Below are positions 34,789 to 43,937 of a stretch of 64,000 nucleotides of DNA, piece by piece (position 1 is the first letter of the stretch; every line of letters starts with the position of its first letter). A program made the position numbers and the translations under genes. Location of the stretch: the NCBI GenBank assembly GCA_903889815.1, contig CAISYX010000016.1:3494-67493 (forward strand), read 5' to 3'. This DNA comes from an uncultured Gammaproteobacteria bacterium. GTDB lineage: Bacteria > Pseudomonadota > Gammaproteobacteria > Pseudomonadales > Pseudohongiellaceae. A model generated the notes under the pieces. The model saw only the letters and a list, made by a program, of their open reading frames with translations, was not told the origin of the DNA and made no database searches.

Positions 34789-36296
34789 GCGCGCGGTACG
34801 AGGCGCTGCTGTCCAGGCTGCACACGCTTTCCGACATGCAAAAGTCTGTCGCTGTGCTGTACTGGGATCGCGAGACTTTCATGCCCGTGCATGGCAACAC
34901 TGGCCGCACACAGCAGATTACCACGCTCAACCAGCTGGCCCACGAGATGGCCACCAGCACGCAGATGGCCGACCTGCTGGCGGCGGCTGAGCAGGAGCAG
35001 TCCAGCGCTGCGTACGACAGCGATGTCGCGTGTCTGCTGCGCCATGTGCGCCGGCAGTTCGATGAAGACCGCTTGTTCTCGACAGACTTCGTGCGCCGGC
35101 GCAGCGAAGTCACCGGCGCAGCAGGGGCTGCCTGGGCCGAGGCCCGCGAGCGCAACGACTTTGCCGCGTTTCGTCTGCATCTGGAGAGCGCTGTCGAGAT
35201 TGCGCAGGAATCTGCAGAAATTCTTGGCTACGCCGACGAGAAGTACGATGCCCTGCTGAATCAGTACGAGCGCGGTATGAAGACGGCTGCCGTGCGCGAC
35301 ATCTTCGCGACGGTGAAGCGCGAGACAGTGCCCCTGATCCAGGCCATTGGCGAAAGGCTGGACGCTATTGATGACCGTGTTCTGTATCAGCCGTTTGCCA
35401 TCGACGCGCAGCGTACGTTCTGTCGTCAGGCGGCCGCCTCGATTGGCTACGATTTCACCCGTGGCCATCTTGCCGAAGTGCAGCATCCCTTCAGTACCAG
35501 CTTCGGGCGGGACGATGTGCGCATTACCACGCGCTACCAGCCCGACTTCGCCACGTCGGCGATTTTCGCGACACTTCATGAGTCCGGTCATGCACTCTAC
35601 GAACAGGGCATCGCCGACGCGCTGTCCCGCACACCGCTGGCGCAGGGCACGTCGTCGGGCATTCATGAGAGCCAGTCGCGCCTGTTCGAGAATCAGGTGG
35701 GTCGCAGCCTGGGTTACTGGCAAAACCACTTCACCTCCCTGCAGGCGCATTTCCCCGCCCAGCTCGGCAATGTGTCAGTGACGCAGTTTCACCGCGCGAT
35801 CAACAAGGTGCAGCCCTCGCTGATCCGTGTCGAGGCGGACGAGCTGACTTACAACATGCACATCATCCTGCGCTTCGAACTCGAGCAGGCCCTGGTGAAC
35901 GGCGATCTGCAGGTGGCCGACCTGCCCGGCGCCTGGCGGGACGGTATGCAGGCACTGCTGGGCATCACGCCGCCCGATGACACGCAAGGCGTGTTGCAGG
36001 ATGTGCACTGGTCCCAGGCGGCATTCGGTTACTTCCCCACCTACACACTCGGCAACCTTTACGCCGCCATGTTCATGGCCGCGGCGAAAGAGCAGGACAC
36101 CCACATTGCTGCCGATCTGGAGCGCGGGGATGTTGTCCGACTGCTGGCCTGGCTGCGTACCCACATTCACCAGCATGGCAGCAAGTTCGATGCGCCAGAG
36201 CTGTGCCGACGTGCCACTGGCCAGGAGCTGACCGCGGTGCCTTTCCTGCGGTACGCCCGCGAGAAGTTCGGCAGGCTGTACGGATTGTCCAACTGA
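34785..36296 (+). CDS. Carboxypeptidase M32 (Taq-type metallocarboxypeptidase)
   Basis: 503 aa from ATG 34785. HESGH zinc motif (TLHESGHALYEQG). DVHW and IRVEADELTYNMHI motifs typical of M32. Confidence 0.88.
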   Translation: MSARYEALLSRLHTLSDMQKSVAVLYWDRETFMPVHGNTGRTQQITTLNQLAHEMATSTQMADLLAAAEQEQSSAAYDSDVACLLRHVRRQFDEDRLFSTDFVRRRSEVTGAAGAAWAEARERNDFAAFRLHLESAVEIAQESAEILGYADEKYDALLNQYERGMKTAAVRDIFATVKRETVPLIQAIGERLDAIDDRVLYQPFAIDAQRTFCRQAAASIGYDFTRGHLAEVQHPFSTSFGRDDVRITTRYQPDFATSAIFATLHESGHALYEQGIADALSRTPLAQGTSSGIHESQSRLFENQVGRSLGYWQNHFTSLQAHFPAQLGNVSVTQFHRAINKVQPSLIRVEADELTYNMHIILRFELEQALVNGDLQVADLPGAWRDGMQALLGITPPDDTQGVLQDVHWSQAAFGYFPTYTLGNLYAAMFMAAAKEQDTHIAADLERGDVVRLLAWLRTHIHQHGSKFDAPELCRRATGQELTAVPFLRYAREKFGRLYGLSN

Positions 36297-36309
36297 GTGC
36301 CACACCGCC

Positions 36310-37167
36310 ATGAGCCTGCTGCCATTTCAGGCGCTGGCCTGCCCGCTCGACAGGCAAGCATTGCAACGCGCAGGGGCCAGTTTGCGTTGCCCGTCCGGAC
36401 ATAGCTTCGACATTGCCCGCGAAGGTCATACCTACCTGCTCCCGGTGCAGAACAAGCGCTCCCGGGATCCGGGCGACAGCAAGGAGATGGTGGCCGCCAG
36501 GCGACGCTTCTTGAATGCCGGGTACTATCAGCCGATCGCCGCCGCCGTTTGCGCGGCCCTGTTGAGGGATGTAGACGATGCGCCGGCCAATGCTGAGCCA
36601 CTGTCGTGCCTCGATGCCGGCTGCGGCGAGGGCTATTACCTGCGCGCGTTGGCGGCGGCCACCGGACATCCGCTGGCCTTGCTGGGTCTGGACATCTCCA
36701 AGTGGGCGATCCTGGCCGCCGCGAGGCAGGAACGTCTCGGCACCTGGGTGGTGGGCAGCAATGCGAACCTGCCCGTGCTGTCTCACTCTCTCGACCAGAT
36801 CCTGTGCATGTTCGGATTCCCCGTCTACCCGGAGTTTGCGCGGGTTCTGAAGCCTGGCGGCATTCTGCTGCAGGTGGACTCGGGCCCGGAGCATCTGCGC
36901 GAGTTGCGCGAGATCATCTACCCCACTGTGAAACCGGAGCGTGACAAGTCACCACAGGTACCGGAGGGGTTTGTCCTCCAGCAGGAAAGTGCTCTGCGTT
37001 TCGGGCTGTCCCTGAGCACTCCGGAAGCCATCGCCGATCTGCTGCTCATGACGCCCCATCTGTTCCGGGCCAGCGCAGAGGGCAAGGCGCACGCCGCCGC
37101 TCTGGAGAGGCTCGAGCTGACGGTGGATGTGCGTCTGCAGACTCTCGAAAGACTGGCGCTCGAATAG
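36310..37167 (+). CDS. rlmA: 23S rRNA (guanine745-N1)-methyltransferase
   Basis: 285 aa. N-terminal Zn-ribbon CPLDRQAL...LRCPSGHSFDIAREGHTYLLP, RRRFLNAGYY, and the SAM motif LDAGCGEGYY. Confidence 0.85.
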   Translation: MSLLPFQALACPLDRQALQRAGASLRCPSGHSFDIAREGHTYLLPVQNKRSRDPGDSKEMVAARRRFLNAGYYQPIAAAVCAALLRDVDDAPANAEPLSCLDAGCGEGYYLRALAAATGHPLALLGLDISKWAILAAARQERLGTWVVGSNANLPVLSHSLDQILCMFGFPVYPEFARVLKPGGILLQVDSGPEHLRELREIIYPTVKPERDKSPQVPEGFVLQQESALRFGLSLSTPEAIADLLLMTPHLFRASAEGKAHAAALERLELTVDVRLQTLERLALE

Positions 37168-37251
37168 ACACAATACCCGGAAACAGTCTGTATACTGCGC
37201 TCGCGCTCTCGCCCCAGGGAGCGCATCGGATGTCCAAGTCTCGAACCAGGA

Positions 37252-38358
37252 GTGTCCCTGAACATGCAACCTGTTTTCACCAACGTCGCAGTCGCTCGCG
37301 CGCTTCTGCTCTTCATTCTGGCGGCTGGTGTCTATTTCTTCATTGGGTTCCTCGTGCCGGTGCTGGCAGCGTTGATCATCTGTTTCGCGAGCTGGCCGTT
37401 GTACCAGCGTCTGCAGGTACGCTGTGGCGGCAGTACCACGGTTGCCGCGTCCATCGCCGTTATTGCCATGATCCTGTGCATTCTGATTCCTCTCGCGGTT
37501 GCCTTCACCTTCGCACTGGAGGAGATCGGCACGGCAGTGAACTGGATCACCCATGCGAATCAGGAAGGCGCGCCTGTGCCCGAGTGGGTCGCGGCCCTGC
37601 CACTGGCTGGAAGCTGGCTCGCCGAGCAGTGGACTGTGTATCTGGGCGAGCCGCAGCAACTGGGCGTCATCGTCAGCCTGGTAAGCGGCGAACAGATCAC
37701 GGGCATTTCGCGCTGGGTGCTCAACCTCGGCTGGGATACCGCCGGTCTGTTGCTGACCCTTCTGTTCATGCTGATTACGTTGTTCTTTCTGTACAAGGAT
37801 GGCCAGGCCCTGTCAGGTGAGTTGGACAATGTGGGCGAACGCGTCCTGCCGGAGCGCTGGAAACGCTATTCGCGGGTGGTGCCGGCCACGGTGACATCCA
37901 CGGTGATGGGCATGACGGTCATTGCCATTGGCGAAGGGGTGGTGCTGGGCGTGGCCTACTGGATTGCAGGCGTGCCGTCGCCTGTCGCATTCGGGGTGCT
38001 GACAGGCTTCATGGCTCTGGTTCCGGGAGGCGCACCGCTGACCTTCACGCTCATCTCGATCTATCTGGTGGGCACTGGCGACATCACTGCCGGCCTGGGT
38101 CTGCTGGCCTGGGGCACGGTTGAACTGTTCATTGTCGACAAGACGCTGCGGCCGAAGCTGGTTGGCGGCCCGGTGAAGCTTCCTTTTCTCCCGACCTTTT
38201 TCGGTCTGATCGGGGGCGTGAAGACCATGGGGATTGTGGGCCTGTTCATCGGCCCGGTACTCATGGCGCTGCTGGTGTCGATCTGGCGCGAATGGATCCG
38301 CGAGGCCGCCGTCGTCGAGGTGCCGGACCCCGCCACTGCAAAGACGCCCCGGCCCTGA
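37252..38358 (+). CDS. AI-2E family (PerM/YdiK-like) transporter
   Basis: 368 aa, polytopic. Characteristic ...FMALVPGGAPL... and ...FFGLIGGVKTMGIVGLFIGPVLMAL region. Start GTG 37252 or ATG 37264. Confidence 0.8.
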   Translation: MSLNMQPVFTNVAVARALLLFILAAGVYFFIGFLVPVLAALIICFASWPLYQRLQVRCGGSTTVAASIAVIAMILCILIPLAVAFTFALEEIGTAVNWITHANQEGAPVPEWVAALPLAGSWLAEQWTVYLGEPQQLGVIVSLVSGEQITGISRWVLNLGWDTAGLLLTLLFMLITLFFLYKDGQALSGELDNVGERVLPERWKRYSRVVPATVTSTVMGMTVIAIGEGVVLGVAYWIAGVPSPVAFGVLTGFMALVPGGAPLTFTLISIYLVGTGDITAGLGLLAWGTVELFIVDKTLRPKLVGGPVKLPFLPTFFGLIGGVKTMGIVGLFIGPVLMALLVSIWREWIREAAVVEVPDPATAKTPRP

Positions 38359-38364
38359 TTGCGC

Positions 38365-38958
38365 TCAGCGCTTTTGCCACACCAGCAATTGATTGTTGGC
38401 AGGCATTGGGTTGTCTTCCAGCAAAACCAGGTCCGCATTTTCCGCCAGTGCCAACACCGTTTCGATATCGCGCACGCCGCTGCGGGCATCATTGCCTTTG
38501 AGCCAGAGATCGAACTGGGCATTGCTTGGCGTCGTGAACTCCCCTCCATACTTGAACGGCCCGTAGACGCAGACAAGTGCGCCGCCGTTGAGCACCCGGG
38601 GCAGTGGCCGGAAGAAGTCCACCACCGCACTCTGCGGCATGATGTGCAGGCTGTTGGCGCTGAAGAGATAGTCGAAGCCCGCCACGGTCCAGTCCGGCTG
38701 CGTGACATCCAGAGACAGGGCCTGGGGCAGGTTGGGCAAAGCTGCCGCGCCAATGCGCACATTCAGGCAGGCAAGGTTGGCAGGGATATCCGTGCTCTGC
38801 CAGTGCAGCCAGGGCAGCAGCGAGGCGAAGTGCACCGCGTGCTGTCCGGTGCCACCGGCAATCTCCAGCACGCGGCCCGGTTTTGCAAAATGCCGCAGCA
38901 GCACTGCCAGAATGAAGTCCTTGTTGTTCTCACAGGCCTGACTGAAGGGGAGCTCCAC
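38365..38958 (-). CDS. DUF938-type class I SAM-dependent methyltransferase
   Basis: 197 aa. SQACENNKDFILAVL N-terminus and VLEIAGGTGQHAVHFA motif I. The opposite-strand ORF 38359..39447 is a shadow. Confidence 0.75.
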   Translation of the reverse strand: MELPFSQACENNKDFILAVLLRHFAKPGRVLEIAGGTGQHAVHFASLLPWLHWQSTDIPANLACLNVRIGAAALPNLPQALSLDVTQPDWTVAGFDYLFSANSLHIMPQSAVVDFFRPLPRVLNGGALVCVYGPFKYGGEFTTPSNAQFDLWLKGNDARSGVRDIETVLALAENADLVLLEDNPMPANNQLLVWQKR

Positions 38959-38961
38959 GAA

Positions 38962-39735
38962 TCAGTCCTCTCTGCGCAGAAAGACAGGAGTGTCTGCGGT
39001 CGAATCCTTCGCACTGTAGCAATACCCATCGACATCGAATGCCAGCAGATCTTCCGGCCTCTTGAGGCGGTTGCGGAGGATCCACGCGCTCATCAGCCCC
39101 CGGGCCTTTTTCGCAAAGAAACTCACGATTTTGTACTGCCCGTTGCTGAAATCCTTGAATACCGGGCTGATGACGCGGCCCTGCAACTGCTTCTCGCGCA
39201 CCACTTTGTAGTACTCAACCGAGGCCAGATTCACCAGCAGCGGATGGCGCTCCTTCAGCAGCAATTCATTGAGCGCGGCTGTGACGCGCTCGCCCCAGAA
39301 GTCATAAAGAGAGGTGCTGCCCAAAGCCTTGAACGTGGTGCCCATCTCCAGCCGGTAGGGCTGGATGAGATCGAGAGGACGCAGCAGGCCATAAAGGCCG
39401 GACAGAATCCGCAGGTGCTCCTGCGCATAGGTGATATCTGTCGCTGACAGTGCCGGAGCATCCAGCCCGAGATACACGTCGCCCTTGAAAGCGAAGAGCG
39501 CCTGCCGCGCGTTGTGCTTGTCGAAGGGGGTGTGCCAGGCGTTGAAGCGGTCGCGGTTCAGTTCGCCCAGTGCCGGGCTGATGCCCATCAGCGTCGAAAG
39601 TTGACCAGGGGTCAGATGCCGCAGCTTGTCGACAAGCCGCGAGGAGTCTTCCAGAAAGTCCGGCATGGTGGCTTTGCGAAGGCGCACCGGCGAATCAAAG
39701 TCGAGCGTTTTGGCGGGAGAAATGACAAGCAGCAT
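38962..39735 (-). CDS. yaaA: Peroxide stress protein YaaA (UPF0246)
   Basis: 257 aa. MLLVISPAKTLDF...AFKGDVYLGLDA...LRILSGLYGLLRPLDLIQPYRLEM. Confidence 0.92.
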   Translation of the reverse strand: MLLVISPAKTLDFDSPVRLRKATMPDFLEDSSRLVDKLRHLTPGQLSTLMGISPALGELNRDRFNAWHTPFDKHNARQALFAFKGDVYLGLDAPALSATDITYAQEHLRILSGLYGLLRPLDLIQPYRLEMGTTFKALGSTSLYDFWGERVTAALNELLLKERHPLLVNLASVEYYKVVREKQLQGRVISPVFKDFSNGQYKIVSFFAKKARGLMSAWILRNRLKRPEDLLAFDVDGYCYSAKDSTADTPVFLRRED

Positions 39736-39759
39736 CAGGGCCTCACAACAGCAGTTCGA

Positions 39760-40263
39760 TCACACCGGTGCGAGGAATTCCTGCCACCAGTCCAGAGGGG
39801 TCACGCCGTCAGCCGGGTCGTAGACATTGCCATAGTACCAGACGGTGCCGGGGAACTGGCCGACGACGCGGTCCAGCAGAATCTCGAGAGTCTGAAAGCC
39901 GATGGAGACGTGTATGCTGTACACCAGCAGCCGCAGAGTCTGCAGGTCGAGGGAGCCGTCGAGCAGCTCGAGCTCCGGCGACAGCACCTGCGCTACCGCG
40001 TCGAGATCGTCTTTGCGCAGCACGCGGATGCTCAGGTTGCCACTGCGCTTCAGCAGCTCGTAGCCCGCTTCGTTACGTGCGGGGAAGCGAATGCGATCGC
40101 CAGCGGCCAGTCCCCGCAGGAAGCCCGGGGACTTCAGAAGTCGGTACTCGTCGGCGCTCTTGGCGTCTGTCACAGGGTCAACAGAGAGACGCTCCATGAT
40201 GGCCTCGCCATCGGGGCGATACCCGGCAACAAGTGCAATGGTCGCTGGCGCGGAAGGGTTCAT
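39760..40263 (-). CDS. Hypothetical protein (167 aa), first gene of the apparent yaaA operon
   Basis: Balanced amino-acid composition, unlike the Arg/His/Gln-rich opposite-strand ORF. Ends 24 nt upstream of yaaA. No family recognised. Confidence 0.6.
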   Translation of the reverse strand: MNPSAPATIALVAGYRPDGEAIMERLSVDPVTDAKSADEYRLLKSPGFLRGLAAGDRIRFPARNEAGYELLKRSGNLSIRVLRKDDLDAVAQVLSPELELLDGSLDLQTLRLLVYSIHVSIGFQTLEILLDRVVGQFPGTVWYYGNVYDPADGVTPLDWWQEFLAPV

Positions 40264-40323
40264 TCGAAGGTCCGGAAAGGGTAGGCTTGCCGTATTCTAA
40301 CCTGCGCCGAGGACTGCCGCGCA

Positions 40324-40689
40324 ATGCTCGAACAAATGCAGGGACATGCCCGGCGCTGGCTGGCCTTGCGGCCAGTGCTGCTATTGGTTGCCGTGTTGGC
40401 CCTTGGTGCTGCCTTGCGCATCCTCCTGACGTCTGTTGACCAGGCCGGCGATGTCTATCTGATCCCGGCGCTCGTGCTGTTTCTGTGGTGCATCATGCTG
40501 CACGCGTTTCTCACCCTTTTTGCACAGGTGCCGCCGCCCGTTGTCACGACTTTGCCTTGGCGTCAGCGCATGCTGATGCGTTGCAGACGTGTTTCCTACT
40601 ACCTGTTTCTCGGACTTTTCGCCGTGCTCTCTGCGCTGTTGCTGCTCACCAGCTGGCAACTGGCAGGAGCCTGGCGCATGATGTACTGA
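40324..40689 (+). CDS. Hypothetical membrane protein (3 predicted TM helices)
   Basis: 121 aa with three hydrophobic stretches. Lies upstream of the thioesterase gene. Confidence 0.5.
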   Translation: MLEQMQGHARRWLALRPVLLLVAVLALGAALRILLTSVDQAGDVYLIPALVLFLWCIMLHAFLTLFAQVPPPVVTTLPWRQRMLMRCRRVSYYLFLGLFAVLSALLLLTSWQLAGAWRMMY

Positions 40690-40736
40690 CTCTGACAAGT
40701 GACCCGAAGCGACAAAGACAACAACAAGGAGCGAGC

Positions 40737-41153
40737 ATGAGCCTGAAGAAAGTGGACGATGCGGATCTCGACCCGGTACCCGTGGGCGAGCTGGCACTGC
40801 AGACGCTGGCAATGCCCAAGGACACCAATGCCAATGGCGACATCTTCGGTGGCTGGCTGGTCTCGCAGATGGACCTTGCCGCAGGCATCGCCACCAAGCA
40901 GGTGACCCGCGGCCGCAGCGCAACGGTGGCGATCAAGAACGTAGCCTTCCTCGCCCCCGTCAGTGTCGGCTCCATCGTCAGCTGTTACGCCGAGATCGTC
41001 GAGATCGGCCGCAGCTCCATGCACATCAACATCGAAGTCTGGATCTCCAACTCGCTGACCCACACGGGCCAGCGCAAGGTGGCCGAGGGCCTGTTCGTGT
41101 TCGTCGCAATCGATGCGAATGGCAGAACGCGGCGCATCGAGCTGCCCGCTTGA
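40737..41153 (+). CDS. yciA: Acyl-CoA thioesterase (hotdog fold, YciA-like)
   Basis: AAGGAG RBS. 138 aa. LQTLAMPKDTNANGDIFGGWLVSQMDLAAGI...FVFVAIDANGR. Confidence 0.82.
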   Translation: MSLKKVDDADLDPVPVGELALQTLAMPKDTNANGDIFGGWLVSQMDLAAGIATKQVTRGRSATVAIKNVAFLAPVSVGSIVSCYAEIVEIGRSSMHINIEVWISNSLTHTGQRKVAEGLFVFVAIDANGRTRRIELPA

Positions 41154-41180
41154 GCAGATGAATAGCTGGACGCGTTGAGC

Positions 41181-41597
41181 TTACTCGGTGACCGCAGGAT
41201 TGCGCAGTGCCTTGATGCGCCCGCGCAGCACCTTGCCTTCCACACGCCGGCGCTGTGAGGCGCGAGTTGGTTTCGTAGGGGTCCGATTCTTGCGGATGAC
41301 AGTGGCGTCGCGGATCAGGGTCTGCAGGCGGCTCAGCGCGTCCGCACGATTGAGTTCCTGCGTGCGGTGCTGCTGGGCCTTGATGATGACCACGCCGTCC
41401 TTGCTGATGCGGGAGTCCCGCAGATTCAGCAGACGATGCTTGTAGAAGAAGGGCAGGGACGACGCATGGATGTCGAAGCGCAGGTGAATGGCGGACGACA
41501 CCTTGTTCACGTTCTGCCCACCGGCGCCCTGTGCGCGAATGGCGCTCAGCTCGATCTCCTCGTCCGGAATCGAGACATTCAGCGAAACTTCCAGCAT
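41181..41597 (-). CDS. arfB: Alternative ribosome-rescue factor ArfB (peptidyl-tRNA hydrolase, YaeJ family)
   Basis: 138 aa. GGQ motif (RAQGAGGQNVNKVSSAI) and a basic C-terminal tail. Confidence 0.9.
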   Translation of the reverse strand: MLEVSLNVSIPDEEIELSAIRAQGAGGQNVNKVSSAIHLRFDIHASSLPFFYKHRLLNLRDSRISKDGVVIIKAQQHRTQELNRADALSRLQTLIRDATVIRKNRTPTKPTRASQRRRVEGKVLRGRIKALRNPAVTE

Positions 41598-41621
41598 GCG
41601 GACCTCCCGTTTAGAAAGTGG

Positions 41622-43811
41622 CTACAACACTTCCAGTTTGGCATAGGAAAGCACCAGCCACTTGCTGCCCACATCATGAAAGTTCACCTGCACACGCGCG
41701 TTGGGGCCGTGGCCCTCGCAGTTGAGCACCACGCCTTCGCCAAACTTGCCGTGACGTACCCGTGCCCCCAGCGCGATGCCGGTGTCCGGAATGTCCTCCT
41801 GCTGCAGCAAAGGCGCCGGTCGTCCGTAGAAGGCCGGGCGCGTTATGGTGGACTTGATGCGGACATGCTCGATGAGGTCGGCCGGGATCTCACGGATGAA
41901 GCGCGAGGGCCGCGTGATGTTGACCTCGCCGTGCATGCGCCGTGACTCCGCGTGGGTCAGATACAGTTTGGTACGCGCGCGGGTGATGCCCACGTAGCAA
42001 AGGCGGCGCTCTTCTTCCAGTCCGGCAATGCCGTCCATCGACATCTTGTGGGGAAACAGACCTTCCTCCATCCCCGCCAGAAACACCAGCCGGAACTCCA
42101 GGCCCTTTGCGGAATGAAGTGTCATCAATTGCACGGCGTCGTCAGATTCGCTGGCCTGCCCCTCGCCGGCATCCAGCGACGCCTGATCCAGAAAAGCTGC
42201 CAGAAATTCCCGTGACTCCACAGCCATCGCCTCTGCGTCAGGGTCCAGTTCATCGTAACTGCCTGCCGCGTTCACCAGTTCCTGCAGGTTCTCGATGCGA
42301 CCGGCGGCTTTTTCACCGCCTTCCTTCTCGTGATGTTCGATGATGCCGCTGTACGTGATGACATGCTCGACCTTCTTCGCCAGCGCGAGAGAATCACACG
42401 CGGCATCCAGCGCTTGAATCAGGTCGAGGAAACGCTGCACGGCACTCGCCGCACGCCCGGACAGCAGGCCGTGCTCCAGCGCCTTCGCGCTGGCAGCCCA
42501 CAGTGACACGTCTTCACTGCGTGCGATGCTTCGCAGTGTTTCTATGGTCTGATCGCCGATGCCGCGAGTCGGGACATTGATCACCCGCTCCATGGCCGTG
42601 TCGTCATGGCGATTGATCAGCAGACGCAGATACGCCAGGGCATTCTTGATCTCCAGGCGCTCGTAGAAGCGATGACCGCCGTAGATGCGGTAGGGCATGC
42701 CGACGCGCAGCAGGGCATCTTCCATCTCACGCGACTGGGCGTTGGAGCGATACAGAATCGCTGCTTCACTGAGGCGGTGGCCGGTGTTGAGCCATGATTG
42801 CAGGCGCTCGACAATGAAGCGCGCCTCGTCCTGTTCGTTGAACGCCTCGTACAGGGAAATAGCCTCGCCTTCTGTGTCCTGCGTCCACAACTCCTTGCCC
42901 AGCCGGCCCTGATTGTTGGCGATCAGCTTGTTGGCGGCCTTGAGAATGGTGGAGGTGGAACGGTAATTCTGCTCCAGGCGCACGATGTCGGCCCCTGGGA
43001 AGTCCTGATTGAAGCGCTGAATGTTCTCGATCTTCGCGCCGCGCCAGCCATAGATCGACTGATCGTCGTCGCCCACCACCATCAGGCAGTTGTCGCGGCC
43101 GGCCAACACCCGCAGCCAGGCATACTGCACGGTGTTGGTGTCCTGGAACTCATCCACGAGAATGTGGCGGAAGCGGCGCTGATAATGCTGCAGGATCTGC
43201 GGATGGTTCAGCCACAGCTCGTGGGAGCGCAGCAGGATCTCGCCGAAGTCCACCATGCCGCCGCGTTGACAGGCGTCTTCGTAGGCAGAATAAAGCGCGA
43301 CCAGATTGCGGGTGTATTCGTCGCCGAAATGTTCGATGTGCTGAGGCCGCAGGCCCTCGTCCTTTTGCGAATTGATATACCACTGGCATTGCCGCGGTGG
43401 CCAGCGCTCTTCGCTCAGCCCCATGTTCCTGCACAGGCGCTTGATCAGGCGCAGCTGATCGTCGCTGTCCAGGATGTGAAAGTTCTCGGGGAGATTCGCT
43501 TCGCGCCAGTGTGTGCGCAGCAGGCGGTGGGCCAGCCCGTGGAAAGTGCCTACCCACATCGGGCCGACGGGCTGTTCCAGCAGCTGTTCGATGCGGTGCC
43601 GCATCTCCCGCGCGGCCTTGTTGGTGAAGGTCACTGCCAGAATGGAGAAGGGCGAGGCGCCTTCGATCTGCATCAGCCACGCGATGCGATGCACCAGCAC
43701 GCGGGTCTTGCCGCTGCCGGCACCGGCCAGCACCAACAGATTGTTGGCGGGAGCCGCGACAGCCTGACGCTGGGGATCATTGAGGGAATCGAGAAGGTAT
43801 GAGACGTCCAT
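41622..43811 (-). CDS. uvrD: DNA helicase II UvrD
   Basis: The internal ATG 43811 gives MDVSYLLDSLNDPQRQAVAAPANNLLVLAGAGSGKTRVLVHRIAW and 729 aa. The track's 917-aa form is an upstream read-through. Confidence 0.93.
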   Translation of the reverse strand: MDVSYLLDSLNDPQRQAVAAPANNLLVLAGAGSGKTRVLVHRIAWLMQIEGASPFSILAVTFTNKAAREMRHRIEQLLEQPVGPMWVGTFHGLAHRLLRTHWREANLPENFHILDSDDQLRLIKRLCRNMGLSEERWPPRQCQWYINSQKDEGLRPQHIEHFGDEYTRNLVALYSAYEDACQRGGMVDFGEILLRSHELWLNHPQILQHYQRRFRHILVDEFQDTNTVQYAWLRVLAGRDNCLMVVGDDDQSIYGWRGAKIENIQRFNQDFPGADIVRLEQNYRSTSTILKAANKLIANNQGRLGKELWTQDTEGEAISLYEAFNEQDEARFIVERLQSWLNTGHRLSEAAILYRSNAQSREMEDALLRVGMPYRIYGGHRFYERLEIKNALAYLRLLINRHDDTAMERVINVPTRGIGDQTIETLRSIARSEDVSLWAASAKALEHGLLSGRAASAVQRFLDLIQALDAACDSLALAKKVEHVITYSGIIEHHEKEGGEKAAGRIENLQELVNAAGSYDELDPDAEAMAVESREFLAAFLDQASLDAGEGQASESDDAVQLMTLHSAKGLEFRLVFLAGMEEGLFPHKMSMDGIAGLEEERRLCYVGITRARTKLYLTHAESRRMHGEVNITRPSRFIREIPADLIEHVRIKSTITRPAFYGRPAPLLQQEDIPDTGIALGARVRHGKFGEGVVLNCEGHGPNARVQVNFHDVGSKWLVLSYAKLEVL

Positions 43812-43937
43812 GGCGACGCATTCTAGCCTGAATGGATAACCAGTACACGCGCAAATCCCCGCGGCCAGCCAGCTACTTAATGCCATGCCATGTTGATACC
43901 ATGCCTGCACCTCAGACAGCCGATCAGGGAGCCAAGC

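Noticed and set aside
33530-35155. 541-aa minus-strand ORF
   Set aside because: It is antisense to the iorB 3' end, ydfG, the small membrane ORF and the M32 peptidase. It is extremely Arg/Ser/Ala/Cys-rich. The forward-strand proteins have clear family motifs.
37168-37251. GC-rich inverted repeat TGCGCTC...GAGCGCA after rlmA as a terminator
   Set aside because: It has a 7-bp stem with a loop of about 17 nt and no T-run. That is too weak to call.
38359-39447. 362-aa plus-strand ORF
   Set aside because: It is antisense to yaaA and the DUF938 methyltransferase, both with clear family signatures.
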